Below, piece by piece: positions 29,261 through 41,759 of a stretch of DNA of 64,000 nucleotides; the stretch's first letter is position 1, and each line of letters starts with the position of its first letter. Under the pieces are notes generated by a model that was not told the DNA's origin, did not search any database, and saw nothing but the letters and a program-made list of their open reading frames with translations. The translations under genes and the position numbers were made by a program. Origin of the DNA: the human T2T-CHM13v2.0 reference genome, Homo sapiens; NCBI RefSeq assembly GCF_009914755.1, contig NC_060933.1. One strand, 5' to 3'.

Positions 29261-29660
29261 CAAGTGTTTGTTCTAGAACGACAAATCTATCCATTCAAAC
29301 AAAGGGACCCAGTTATATAAGCACAGATGATCCTTTTCACAGAAGGACTGGAGAGACTCCCTTTGCTGGGGAAGCTGTTGTGCTCTTACTGACCTCTGGG
29401 TAAAATTTCTTACCTGAAGTCATGGGAGAGGACGTTAAATGTAATCACTTTAAACAATAGAAAACAAGTATCATTTTAAAATCAGAAATTTAAAAAAATC
29501 TGCTTTAGAAAAACAGATACGAAAATTGATAAAGAAAGATGACAAGATGGCGGCTTTTCATGTTTTTAACTTTTAGGATGTTTACTTATCCTATGTTCTA
29601 GCCAAGAAAGCCACAGTCCATGAGAGTCTGTTAGGTAACACAGGCCTTCTCCCCTTCATT

Positions 29661-29699
<39 letters not shown>

Positions 29700-29983
29700 T
29701 TTTTGAGACAGAGTCTCACTCTGTTGCCCAGGCTGGAGTCCAGTGGCCGATCTTGGCTCACTGCAAGCTCCGCCTCCCCAGTTCATGTCACTCTCCTGCC
29801 TCAGCCTCCCGAGTAGCTGGGACTACAGGCTCCCGCCACCACACCCGGCTAATTTTTTGTATTTTTATTAGAGACGGGGTTTCACCGTGTTAGCCAGGAT
29901 GGTCTCATCTCCTGACCTTGTGATCCACCCGTCTCGGCCTCCCAAAGTCCTGGGATTACAGGCATGAGCCACCGCGCCCGGCC
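29661..29983 (-). mobile_element. AluY-like, full length, (TTTA)n tail
   Basis: 'gcaagctccgcctcc', 'caccgtgttagccaggatggtctc', 'gagccaccgcgcccggcc'; perfect TSD tccccttcatt at 29650-29660 and 29984-29994. Confidence 0.96.
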
Positions 29984-30864
29984 TCCCCTTCATTATTTAG
30001 TGAAAACGCATTCTAGTGTGTCAATCTGACAATTCTATGGAAAAAAAGGATGGAGTTAACTTTGTACCTATTATGCTGCTGACCTTTGTTTTTGATGCAA
30101 GAAAGGAAGTGTGAAGAAATCAAACAGTAGAATTCTGGGTTAAAATATTCCAACTGCTATTTAACATAATTTTGGCATTTGCAAAGATTTTTAATTCGTC
30201 TCCTTAGTTATTACTGGGATTTGCTGGTAATATGATTTTAAATATACTCTGTTACTATAACTATTTTTGAGAACCCTTGTAAAACCTTATGTTTTTCCTC
30301 TCTTTAACCATAATATTAATTAAGGAAGCATGTCAGGTAAAGCATAAGGACAATTTTGCTTAAGATAAATTTTATATCATTGAGCTTGTTGTAAAAACAA
30401 GGGGAAAATCTGATATCATATAAATACACTTAAATGAAGAACTAAAGTAGTGTTTGGCATAACAGCTTCAGATGAAATCTATTTGAAAGACAAAACAAAC
30501 AATAACAACAAAACCCATATAATCAGGCTAATGTATGTATAAAAATAGTAGAACTTGCTCTAAAAGTACAAATCATTCTCTCATTCACCTAAAATTTTAT
30601 TTAGGATTTTTTTTCCAATATCTATCTCAATATTTTGTTTGATATTTACAATGCACTTTATATACACAGCATCAAAATCTTACCAAAAATTACCAGGAAT
30701 ATGATATGCTTAAGGAGAGAGAAATTGAGAATTAATAAAAGTTGACTAGTTCTAAGTCACAGAAAGGCTAGACTTAACCCCAACAGAATTGAAATATTGG
30801 GTTGCAGAGCTTTCACAATCCTAAAGGTAGTGTCTAAAGGCTCCACAAATTTCAGCAGTTCTTT

Positions 30865-30956
30865 CTATTTTATTTTATTTTATTTTATTTTAAGTTCCAG
30901 GGTACATGTGAAGGATGTGCAGGTTTGTTACATAGGTAAATGTGTGCCATAGGGGT
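30865..30956 (-). mobile_element. Extremely 5'-truncated L1PA 3' end (about 65 nt plus tail)
   Basis: (ATTTT)n tail then 'taagttccagggtacatgtgaaggatgtgcaggtttgttacataggtaaatgtgtgccat'; TSD tttcagcagtt(c/a)ttt at 30850-30864 and 30957-30971. Confidence 0.9.
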
Positions 30957-31814
30957 TTTCAGCAGTTATTTTAATTTAAAACTGGAAAGGAGGAAAAGTA
31001 TATGAAGATAAGAAGCAAGTTGGTATGGAGAAAAAAAAATTAGAACTGTAAAAATTTTTATGAGTGCTTAGAAATAAGAAACAAGTAGAATGATGATTTG
31101 TGTTAGAGTTAATATAATTTAGATGTAGATGACATTGGTGTATCTGTGGATAAAACTGGAGGATTTCATTCTGTGATGTATGTGCCAATTTGGAAATATT
31201 CTAGCTCACATCTAGGCATAAAGCATTTTTTGGATGCTTTGGCCACATAACGAGTATAAGGACAGATTGCAAAAATACTAGATAATAAGCTATAATTTAT
31301 ACTAATCGTCATAAATTCTCTCCAAATTTTCACTAGCCTGCTTTCAAGGAGTTATGAGAATTTTAGGTTGACTTGGTGCCTCTACGGAGGGATCCTGAGT
31401 AATTTTTTGCTCCGTACAGTTCTCTTAGGCCTTCCCTTTAAAGAGACTTGGAGTTACAGAAATGTCCTAAACATGACCAGCCTGACAAAGATGGAAATTT
31501 TTAGGAGTTGCCTTAGGGGAAACTACAATTGTGAATGGTTAGAAAATCATTCAAGATTTCAGCAATTCCTCCTACAAGTCCCAGATTTCTGAAAAGAGGC
31601 CAAAATCTGAACAAATTCAGTAGATGGTTGATGCAGTTTCTAAAACAATGTTAGAAAGTAACAGATTCAACATATCTTTGACCAATATTTTCCAAGCCTA
31701 AAAGAAAGTAAGACACAATGGATAGAAATCAGACTATGAACAAAAGTTAGAATTTTAATACAAATGGGACAACATTATCCATAAGACTTTTTGAGTTACT
31801 GATGCACATTGACA

Positions 31815-32277
31815 TGCTATAGGATATTCCATTCTCACCTTTTATCCCCCTGCTCTGTGTCTGGTGAGTTCAACATTTATTGACTGCATCAGCTAGGCTC
31901 TCTTGCTTTGTGGCTTCTTGTTAGTTCAGGTAATGGGAAATACCAGCAGAATATTAGAAGATAAAAGGAAAGAGGAGTTCTGTTATTTATTTCCCTGGCT
32001 CTCTATCTGCCAGTGCACATGTTTTCACATGTTGCTTTTCTGCACTTGAGGTTAGGTTCTTACTGAGTGGCCCTCTTCAACAGTGCAGATCTTTCTGGGT
32101 TCTGATAACCTTATCAACTCAAAGTGTGGAAGTTGCTTCCAGTTAACCCAGGATGATCCTTGATCCTTTCATCTTGTCCATCCCTCTGTAAATAGTCAAT
32201 TTATTAAGCTCTCCTCTATTAAGAACACTCTTTTTGAGTGTGCCATCAGTTGCTGACAAGATCTTGGGTGATAAACA
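31815..32277 (+). mobile_element. ERVL solo LTR, LTR33-like
   Basis: 'gactgcatcagctaggctctcttgctttgtggcttc..aatgggaaataccagcaga', 'ctctgtaaatagtcaatttattaagctctcctc..tttgagtgtgccatc'. Confidence 0.7.
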
Positions 32278-33284
32278 TGCACTGGATTGTCATGTGATCA
32301 TTTTTACATGTGAGATGGGCTAGTGATTGGCAGACAAATATTATCCGCTTATTGCACAACAGCCACCAAGGGCGTCCTCACGAAAGTATGAATAAATACC
32401 ATTATTTTTAAATTTTAATGATTAATATTGATTATTTTGGTACAGAAAACATTTCCTTTGGCCTAGGATTCATATGTAGCATGCTCATAATTTAGATTGC
32501 CCTAGTTAAAAATGCTATGATATGTGTATCCTGGTTACCTTAGAGACTGTGTCTCCTAAGTAGAGAGTGGCAATTCTAGTCTGAAGGGGTGCTCAGAAAT
32601 AGTATCTGTTTTTGAACTCCAGGAAGATACAAAAGTGGGGGGAGTCTTTTCAGGAATCATCAGTCGTAGCTTCTCCTCATTTACATGGTCTCACGTATCC
32701 CAACACACTCTTTTTTGGGGGAAATAGCTTATAATTCATCTATTATTCTCACATCCTGGAAGACTAGTAAGCCTGGAGCTTTTCATTTAAATATCATAGA
32801 ATTAAGTGGTTATTTGAGAAAACAGACCTATGGATAAATATATGGTAAAATACATATTAACTGCAGCATATAATTACATAGGATATAAGGATATAATTAC
32901 CTCTGTGGTTGTTATAGGCCAAACAATAGTAGAGAAGTGAGGTGTACATTAAGAAAAAACTGTGTTATTCAAAGGCCTAAGACTCAGAATGCAGTAGCAA
33001 AGAAAGAGGGTCACATGCTATTCCCTGCCAGAGTAGCTAAGAATACATCCCTATTCCCTGAAGATTCTGCCTCTTACAATAGGAAATGCCCATTGTACTT
33101 CAGTGGTACTTTAGTAAACTAGTATAATGATAACTCTACACCCTACAGCTCTTTCAACAAATATTTTTCATTTTCCTTAGTGAGAACAAATTAAGATGTT
33201 CTTTCTCTGATGTGATTTTCAATTCTAGTTCAAAGTTAGGATTTCAGGGAAGGCCCTGGCACTGGTTCTTTTGATGGTATCTGT

Positions 33285-33844
33285 TGTGGCAAAGAGACTC
33301 TAAGGTCTTTCCTTTGGTCTCTTTCTCCTGGTGTCCAGATTGTATAATCCTGTCCCACTGAGTGTGGGCAGGACCTGTGACATATTTCTAACCAATAGAA
33401 CTTGGTAAAGATGATAGGATTTTACTCTCTTGATTGTGAATCATTATATAAGCCTCCACCTTGCTATCAGTCTGGTAATAGGAAGTGTCCCTTTCCCTTT
33501 CTGACTTTAAAGAAGCAAGGTACCATGTTGTGAGAGGGCCTATGGAAAAAGCTATAGTCAAGGAACTTCAGGCAGCTCCTGGAGCTGAGAGTAGCCTCTA
33601 GCCAACAGCCAAAGCCAAAGCCCTCAGTCTTACAGCCACAGGAAATGAATTCTGCCAACAACTTGAGTAAACTTGGAAGAGAATCCATCACCAGTTAAGC
33701 CTCCAGATGAGAACCAAGCCCTGGCTGACACACTGCATTCTTGCAGAGGACCCAACTAAGACATTTCCTACCTTAAAGTGAGAGATAATAAATATATTTT
33801 GTGTTAATCTGCTGAGTTTCTTACAATCATAGAACACTAACAAA
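33285..33844 (+). mobile_element. MaLR solo LTR (MLT1E/MLT1F-like)
   Basis: 'gagtgtgggcaggacctgtgac..ttctaaccaatagaa', 'ccctcagtcttacagccacaggaaatgaattctgccaacaacttgagt', 'gcctccagatgagaaccaagccctggctgacac'. Confidence 0.85.
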
Positions 33845-36607
33845 CCTGCCCAATACGTACTTAGTTAATAAACATTGACTGAGTGAGGACCATAAGCCAA
33901 GCATTATTCACCATATTTAAGATGACTGTAGAAGCAAGAAATCCATGCATGAAAGGGAGTTATGTAGGCAAATTCCATAGGCGGTATAAGTGTCTAAAAA
34001 TATCAAATGGGTAAGATGCTTTCCTTTCACATGCAGACAGGGAAAACTATTTGCAATGTCTAATGACTGTTCTACTTTAAGTGGATGTGAGAACAAAACA
34101 GACTTTGAAGGAGATTTACAGAATAGTATTGAAATTTTTTTATCAAGTTCTATCAATTAAAGTTTGATGCCATATGTATGTATTTTTGCCATTCTGCCAT
34201 CCAGGATAAGAAATTGCTATTTTCTGCCATATGAGGGTGTATATTCTTGCCACTATATCCTGTAACATCAGGCAGAGATAAAACTTCACAAAACTCAGCA
34301 ATGCTAAAAGAAAATCTGTGACTTGCCTTTGTATTCACTATCTACTGGCCTACATCTCTAGAAATCTATATCCAATTTATACCAGACAGTTGGTCACAGT
34401 CTTAGGTGAAATTTTCAGCAAAATTTTGAGTGTCTAAATTTTTTGAATGAAAAAAATAAACACAACAGATGACACTAACAGGGGCAGAAAGAAAAGACGT
34501 TAAAGGGGGGGATGCAGATAGCACAGATAATCTTGTTTGTTTGCTTGTTTGTTTTTTAAGCACCAATGCTATTTGAAAATTCTTGCTAGCTCTTATTTTT
34601 TTTTCTGTTTTTTGTTTTTTCAATATCTGAGGCATTGGGGGTTTACATCAAAGTAACAAAAGAATGACTGAACTCCGATGAAGCGTTTCTGAAGCAATAA
34701 TTAATATACGAGGCCACCGACACTAGAATTAATCTTGAAAACCACTCTCAAGGTGATGGGCAAAATAAATGCGCCATGGGAGTGCCCCCAGAATGCTGCA
34801 CTGACATTGTTGGGTCCTATCATTGATCATTGATGATAGCAAAGAAGCGATCAGTCACAAGGCAGAACTAATAATAGACTTCAAATATGGAAGGAACCTT
34901 ACTTCTATGTTTGGTAACAGTCCATGTTTAACAAATAGTGTTTTTTTGTGTGTTTGTTTGTTTTCTTTTGCTTTGCTTTTTCCTGCTCCAATGGACAAAA
35001 GCAACAAGTCTCTTTCTCTTTCTTTCCGTGGGATAAAAGACCTTGCTATATTCTCTGTATATATGCATTGCAGGCAGCATTGGAGGGCAGTTAATTAACT
35101 ATAATGACCAAGTGTATGGGCATTTCATTGCATACAGAAGCAACTCTGCCCTGATTCAAGCAGCCAAGTCGACTCAAAACTCAGGAAATGCTTACGTATA
35201 ACAGGTATGGGGATGTACCCACTGTTTTTTCCAGTGGTGGTGAAGGTGCCATTGTCAACATTGGTTTAATCCTTGGAGTCCCACTAATTAAACCATTTCT
35301 TTCTTTCACAAAAGGGCCTCTACTGGCCTGAAAGTATCAACGTGCAAGGTGAGGTTCCCAGATAAAATGGATCTTTTGTTGGGTGCATCTTGCAGTTTAA
35401 CCAATCTCACTATAAGACTGGACTCTGAGTGCTCCCTCACTCTTGAACTCTTGGCTGCTGCATTTTTGTCTACTTGATATCTTCTGATGTTCATAATAAG
35501 TACTTGTTGTAGATAACACCATTTTTCTATAATAAGTAAATCGTAAGCTCTATGTAATACTCAGAGAGGAATAGTATCTGTTTTTGGAATTAAAGAGCAA
35601 AATGAATAACTGTTTGGTCCATGCTATTACCTCATTTTTTTTTTTTTGTTTGTTTTTGTTTTTTTTTTTTCTGGAAGCATTTATTTGAGTTTCATGAGCA
35701 AAGCTGATATCTTTGAATAAAACTTCTCCACGATCTTTCATTCTCACAATCTGAACAGAAATGTGCTTATGTTGTGTAAATTAGATTCCTTTTATTGTGT
35801 AAGACTCCAAAGATTTGTCAATAATATTTTTGCTTTTAGTCATGCCCTTAAAAATGTCACCTAATAGTATAGCTTTTTACTTTGAACTTTTCTACATACT
35901 AAATTCAGTTTTATAAAAGTGTTAATATGAACGATACATATGTGATTACCTAGAGTGAATAAGATCACAATCAATCCAGAAGAAAGCATTGTGTTTGTCT
36001 AGAGATTCCTTGCCAGGAATAATCCGAAGAGGAAATATGTGTGTTTATTTATGGTAATAACAATACAGCTGTCCAGCAATCAAGTTAACTTGACTGTCAT
36101 CTTTATCAAGCAGTATATTTACACGGGAGACAATCTGAGGAAGGAGAAATCTATATTGTGTATGAACATGATGAAATGTATTTCTAAACACATTGAGCCT
36201 CTAATTTCTGAAGTAAGATGACTACTTAAAACACGATGTTTAGAAAGGGGTAGATTATACATTGACACACTTAAGACTCAATCATTTCAACCTTTCTCCA
36301 AAATCACTTTTTCAACATTATTTATTCTAAATATAGAATACAATATTTATTTCATTGAAAAGGGATAAAAGACCTTACTATATTCTGTGTATACATGTAT
36401 TTATAAGTGTGTGTGTAGGTATGTCTGTGTACATGTGAGTATATGTGTGTATAAATGAGTAGAGTAAGAATTACTTATGGATTTAAAAAAATGTTTTAAC
36501 TATTTAAAATCAATTTGTGTAAAAAAAGAATAAGCCAGGTTTATTTTAACTAAATTAACTAGATAGCTTTTAAAAAAATTAAACAATCAATCAATCAATC
36601 ATGAATG

Positions 36608-37164
36608 TGTCAGAGGCATTTAAACCAGAGCAACTCCATCTTGAATGGGGGCTGGTAAAACAATGTTGAGACCTACTGGGCTGTATTCTCAGAGGGTTAA
36701 GGCATTCTAAGTCACAGGATGAGATAGGAGGTCAACACAAGATACAGATCATAAAGACGTTGCTGATAAAATAGGTTGCAGTAAAGGAGCTGGCCAAAAC
36801 CCACCAAAACCAAGATGGCCACAAGAGTGACCTCTGGTCATTCTCACTGCTACACTCCCACCAGCGCCATGACAGTTTACAAATGCCATGGGAATGCCAG
36901 GAAGTTACCCTACATTGTCTGAAAAGGGGAGGCATGAATAATCCACTCCTTGTTTAGCATATCATCAAGAAATAACCATAAAAATGGGCAACCAGCTGCC
37001 TTCAGGGCTGCTCTGTCTATGGAGTAGCCATTCTTTTATTTCTTCACTTTCCTAATAAATTTGTTTTCACTTTACTCTATGGACTTGCCCTGAATTCTTT
37101 CTTGCATGAGATGCAACAACCCTCTCTTGGGTGGGGTCTGGATTGGGACCCCTTTGCTGTAACA
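36608..37164 (+). mobile_element. MER41A solo LTR (ERV1), full length, about 557 bp
   Basis: tgtcagaggcatttaaaccagagcaactccatcttgaat ... gggacccctttgctgtaaca. 'aaaaggggaggcatgaataatcc' lacks the MER41B-specific segment. Confidence 0.92.
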
Positions 37165-37759
37165 AAATAATTTATTTTCATTTCTTTCTAATGACTTACT
37201 TTTTCTTAAAGAAGATGAAGAGAATGGAGCCTCAAAAGGACTGTTCAATGTACATTTGGATATAATAATTACCATCTTCCCTGACTTCAGCAAGTATACG
37301 TAGATCAACCACCAATTTTTGACCATAAACAGAAAATCAGGGGCACAAACTTTGTTGTTGTTATGGAGGTGAGGAATGCCAATAAGTAGAAAGAAAGTAG
37401 AGTTGGGTCTTCTCTCTGCTAAATGATCATAGGAATGCAGAAGAATTGGGCCTTAAAGCACAGGCAGCAGGACTTGAGGAATTTGCTGTTAACTGCCAAA
37501 GGAGGAAAGAGTTGTAGGATTAAAAAACATGCTCACTAATACTTTCCCACAGAGCTTGTCCAAGGCACAACTCTGAGACTGCCTTACTGCAGCCCCTTTC
37601 AGCAGGTGTCACCCTCCTTGGGAAGCGAAATTGCTTTTCCTCTCCCTCAAACATTTGTCTTTTATATTAGATGTTTTCTCCACACCAGTGTGGATAAAAT
37701 TACTGTGACAATTTTCCCCCAAATAGTTGCACTAAAAATACTACATTTCACTGAGGAAG

Positions 37760-37970
37760 GCAGTAAAATACATTTGTAATATACATGGGCTGTGGAACAA
37801 GTTCTGGGTTCCAATTCCAATTCTTTCTCTTTTCTCTTTGTGTTACCTCAGTTATATTACTAACCCTTTATGAGAATCATCCAAAAATGGGGACAAACAG
37901 ATATTCCTTAGATGATTGATTTGAGATTTACATGAGAGAATATATGTAAAACAAACCAGCCTAGTACTGG
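37760..37970 (+). mobile_element. MIR SINE
   Basis: 'ctgggttccaattccaattct..tgtgttacctcag..ctaaccctttatgag..aaaatgggg..tgagatttacatgagagaatatatgtaaaa'. Confidence 0.65.
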
Positions 37971-38564
37971 TTAAAATCGGGGAGATGGTCCTAGTTTTAT
38001 TCCATTAGAGGAATATAAGGCACCCACAGCAGGATATTCTTATGAGGCTACACTCCAGATCCAGAGCAATGAGGCTGATGACTAAAGCTTCTTAAATGGT
38101 CGTTTGACCTACCCCCTAAATGACTTAAAAAATGATAATGTTGAATCACAAGTACAAACAACTGTAGCAGTCTTTGCAAAGTCATTTGGGTGGCTTCACT
38201 TGCAGGGAGCTAGAACCCAAGACTCCCCAGTTATGTCATCCAGCAATGTTGACCAAGTTCAAAGTACTTTCAGAATGACAACTTGCTCAAATACCGTAGC
38301 AATCCTGTCACTAGGCAGTATTCTCATTTTAAACATGAAAACATTGAGGAGCAAGAAGATAAAGTGGCTCTTAATAGTGGTGCTGGGATTTTACTCAGTA
38401 TTTTGGATTTAGAGTCAATGGGCGTTTTCTCTTTTGCCCCCACAGAGCTCTACTCTATGGTTATAAAAAACAATGTATGGTGGCCTAGTAGTGATGTGTA
38501 TTATAGATAATGAATCATAAATAACCAAATAATTTTCTCCAAGACACTGCGACTATTAGTAAGA

Positions 38565-38601
38565 TTATCATCACAACAAAGACCCTTTGTTGTGATGATA
38601 A
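38565..38601. repeat. Perfect 17-bp inverted repeat, 3-nt spacer
   Basis: ttatcatcacaacaaag-acc-ctttgttgtgatgataa. Confidence 0.95.
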
Positions 38602-40717
38602 ATGATTAATACATAATAGCCACCCAAACCCATGAACAACAGCAACAACCATAAACGAACAACCATACTTTTCCAAGTGCTGCTAAAAAGGAATTTTTAC
38701 TTGTTTTATCTTTATGCCAATGAAAAGAAAGGTCATCTTGCTGAATTTTTATGATTCATTCTTTGGATAGAAAAACTCAATTCTACAGGTTCCTTGGTAA
38801 ATCTGTGTATTACAGTTGAGATCAGCACCACTGTTAATCTTTCCTTTGCCAGCAAATAGCAATTACAGGATAACTACAGGGTAATTCTAGGGCTTTGTGT
38901 CTTTGAACGCCGGAGTAATTTGAACCATTCTAACTGTAAATTTGAATTGTTTAACATATGCTTTCCGCAGAGTATAAATACATTTTAATGATTTATTTCA
39001 CCTCCTTAAATGCACAATTTTCAGTTTTTTAGAATCAAGTGATTTCATAAATATAGAAAGTTTAGAACACTAGTAAGGAAACTTGAAATAAATCAAGAAA
39101 CATTTTCTTCATTTAAACATGGCTTAAATTGAGCATAAAACAAGATTCTCAGAAACATCGAATAATTGCATGATGACTAGAATTTTTTTCTTTTTCAATG
39201 AAATAGATAAAAATATTCAAGGCTTCTATTTATAAACCATTCAAGTTGTAGTTTAAATTACGTAAATTGTCAAATAAGTGAAAAAGCAAAAATTTAAAAT
39301 GGAACTTTCTTCTACTTTTACCACTTTTTTCTTTCCCTTTCTCTTAGGCACTATTTATTGAATATCGTGTCTCTATATTTAGTTTCCAGTCTCTACTTAC
39401 TACTTTGTATTTGTTCCACCTCTCTTTTCTTTCTTCCAAATATTTACAATGAAGTGCAAGTATATGTAATCTATTTGTTTACTCTATTTGTTTATTTTTA
39501 TTTTTTGAAGATCTGTCTTCTTTCTTCTTTATTATTTTCAGTTCTTCCCTTACTCATTTGCTTTCCTTTTGACTGCACTTCACACTTTCTCTTTCCCAAT
39601 CCATTAACTGAAGATTCCCTCATAACCATCCCAACACATCTCATTCCACTATTGGGTGGTTGTTGTATTGTTCATACTCTCTGGTGTTAACAGAATCATG
39701 GTTCCACATGAGGTGGAGTTTGGGGAAATGAATCAACTACTCACTGCTCACTGACCTACTCCATTGATAGGCTAGAGGTCACACTAAGACAATTTTTAAA
39801 TAAAACGGTATATCTTATAAAAATCATCGTGTAAAAATTCAGTCTATAGATGTGTATTTGCTCTTCCACATAAAAACATACCCATTATTTAGGACTTGAA
39901 ATTTCACTCCATCTATATACATAAAGACATAATATTTTTGTGTCTGCCTACTACATACAGAAAATTTATGTATATTTTTTAAGACTCCAAATAATTTGAA
40001 AGTGTTGAACGTTCACTTTTATTCCTTATACTCCATAATAAAATTTCTAACAATTTTAAGCTACAACCCACAGTAGTAAAGAAACACTATTAAGCAATAA
40101 AATAAATAAAATGTGAAAGCCAGGCACACAACCCAGTATGCTTTAAATCTTACTTGTTCTTTAGATCCCACGGGTGTTCACCAGACGTCTCCCTAAACAA
40201 AGAAGAAATGTGACAACAATTAAAATGTGAAAACGATGCTATTAAAATACTGCTCATTTAGGTGATGCATGTTTATATTACTTAGCTAGTGGAAATGTCA
40301 GATTCCAACAAGAAGTGAAATTGTTTGTATTTTGGCATTTCCTTTCACACTTATTGTTGTAAAAAAGCAACTTAAAATGTTCCTTTTAAAGCAACAAGAA
40401 GCAAAACATGTTATGATTGTTCTGGAAAAAGAAATGATAGTTTTAAAATATTTAATGTATCCCCTAATCAAAATTATATGTAGTAGAAAAGAAATAACAT
40501 ACAGAACCATCAAGTATCATTCAATAAAAACAAACTTGTGCTAGAAAAACCTATGAAGAATTCTTACAAAAGGGAGTATTTCTTGTGTTGAAAACCTTTG
40601 TTAAGATTTTAATTCCTTGGTAAACATACAGAAAGCCCATTGAGTTTCTTTGAACAACATCACCAGATTTTTATTATAGAAAGACAGAATCTACCAGACT
40701 ATGATAATAATGTTATC

Positions 40718-40737
40718 AAGAAAGAAAGAAAAAGAAA

Positions 40738-40806
<69 letters not shown>

Positions 40807-40807
40807 A
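40718..40807 (+). repeat. (GAAA)n tetranucleotide microsatellite
   Basis: 16 uninterrupted GAAA units at 40741-40804 plus imperfect units upstream. Confidence 0.97.
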
Positions 40808-40867
40808 TCTGAATTTTAAAATTAGGCTGAGGGCTTATTAAACTTTTAATTATATACCTCGAAATTT

Positions 40868-41168
40868 GGCTGGGTGCAGTGGCTCATGCCTGTTATCCCA
40901 GGACTTGGGGAGGCCAAGGCAGGCAGATCACTTAAGGTCAGTAATTCAACACCAGCCTGGCCAACATGGTGAAACCCCATCTCTACTCAAAATACAAATA
41001 ATTAGCCAGGCGTGGTCGTGTGCATCTGTAATCCCAGCTACTCAGGAGGCTGAGGCAGGAGAATCACTTGAACCCAGGAGGCGGAGGTTGCGGTGAGCCA
41101 AGGCTGTGCCACTGCACTCCATCTCAGGTGACAGAGTGACACTCCGTTTCAAAACAACAACAACAACA
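40868..41168 (+). mobile_element. AluS (Sx-like), full length, (CAA)n tail
   Basis: ggctgggtgcagtggctcatgcctg...gacactccgtttcaaaacaacaacaacaaca. Confidence 0.95.
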
Positions 41169-41464
41169 TGGAAGTTTATTATTAATATAATTTTTTATCA
41201 ACGTTGAGAAAGATACAAGTCCATGAAAGTGTTGTAGTGTTTCGGGAGTTTTATAATTTATAAGTAACTCTAAAAACTGGGCACCAATGTTGGCATTTTC
41301 TCAGTGATTTTCATTGAACTTGTTCACTTTTTTTTTCTTTTTGGAAGAGTGGAAATGAAGAAATTAACCTGGACTCTATGTGAATAGCTGAGGCAAGTGG
41401 AGACATTAATTCATTTGTGTAAATTCCTAGAAAATAACAACTGATCTTGAGTTACATAAAGCTG

Positions 41465-41675
41465 ATCAGTGGTGCTCTGCAGACATGGGAGGAGAAGAGA
41501 AGAGGGAGGTATTAAAAGGGCCATAAATAAACTTCTGGAGCTGACAGATATTATTGTTATCTTGATTGTGCTCAAGATTTTAAAGGCATATACATGTGTC
41601 TAAACTCATCAAATGGTATGCTTTAATGCATGCAGTATATTATATGATAATTATACCTTAATAAAGCTCTAAAAA
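41465..41675 (+). mobile_element. Old L1 (L1MC/ME) 3' terminal fragment
   Basis: 'aacttctggagctgacagatatta..tatcttgattgtg..aaactcatcaaatggtatgcttta..taattataccttaataaagct'. Confidence 0.7.
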
Positions 41676-41759
41676 AGTGGAAGGATGTGAAATATATATT
41701 TAATGTAGAGCATGAAATGCATGGATAAACCATTCAATAAATTAATGAGAGTTGGTACT

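Noticed and set aside
29410-29640. Consensus-like splice sites (minus-strand CAG|GTAAGA at about 29417; plus-strand acceptor/donor pair at about 29577-29634; also acceptors at about 22387 and 48633)
   Set aside because: Isolated splice-like motifs are abundant in AT-rich DNA and no coherent coding exon chain can be built. A lncRNA exon cannot be excluded without RNA data.
35620-35952. Possible minus-strand retrocopy (T-rich tract, TTTATT 9 nt away, attacct repeated at about 35945)
   Set aside because: The signal-to-tail distance is short and the putative TSD does not extend to the tail; no recognisable parent.
38822-38838. REST/RE1-like tcagcacca
   Set aside because: Left half-site only; the GGACAG half is absent.
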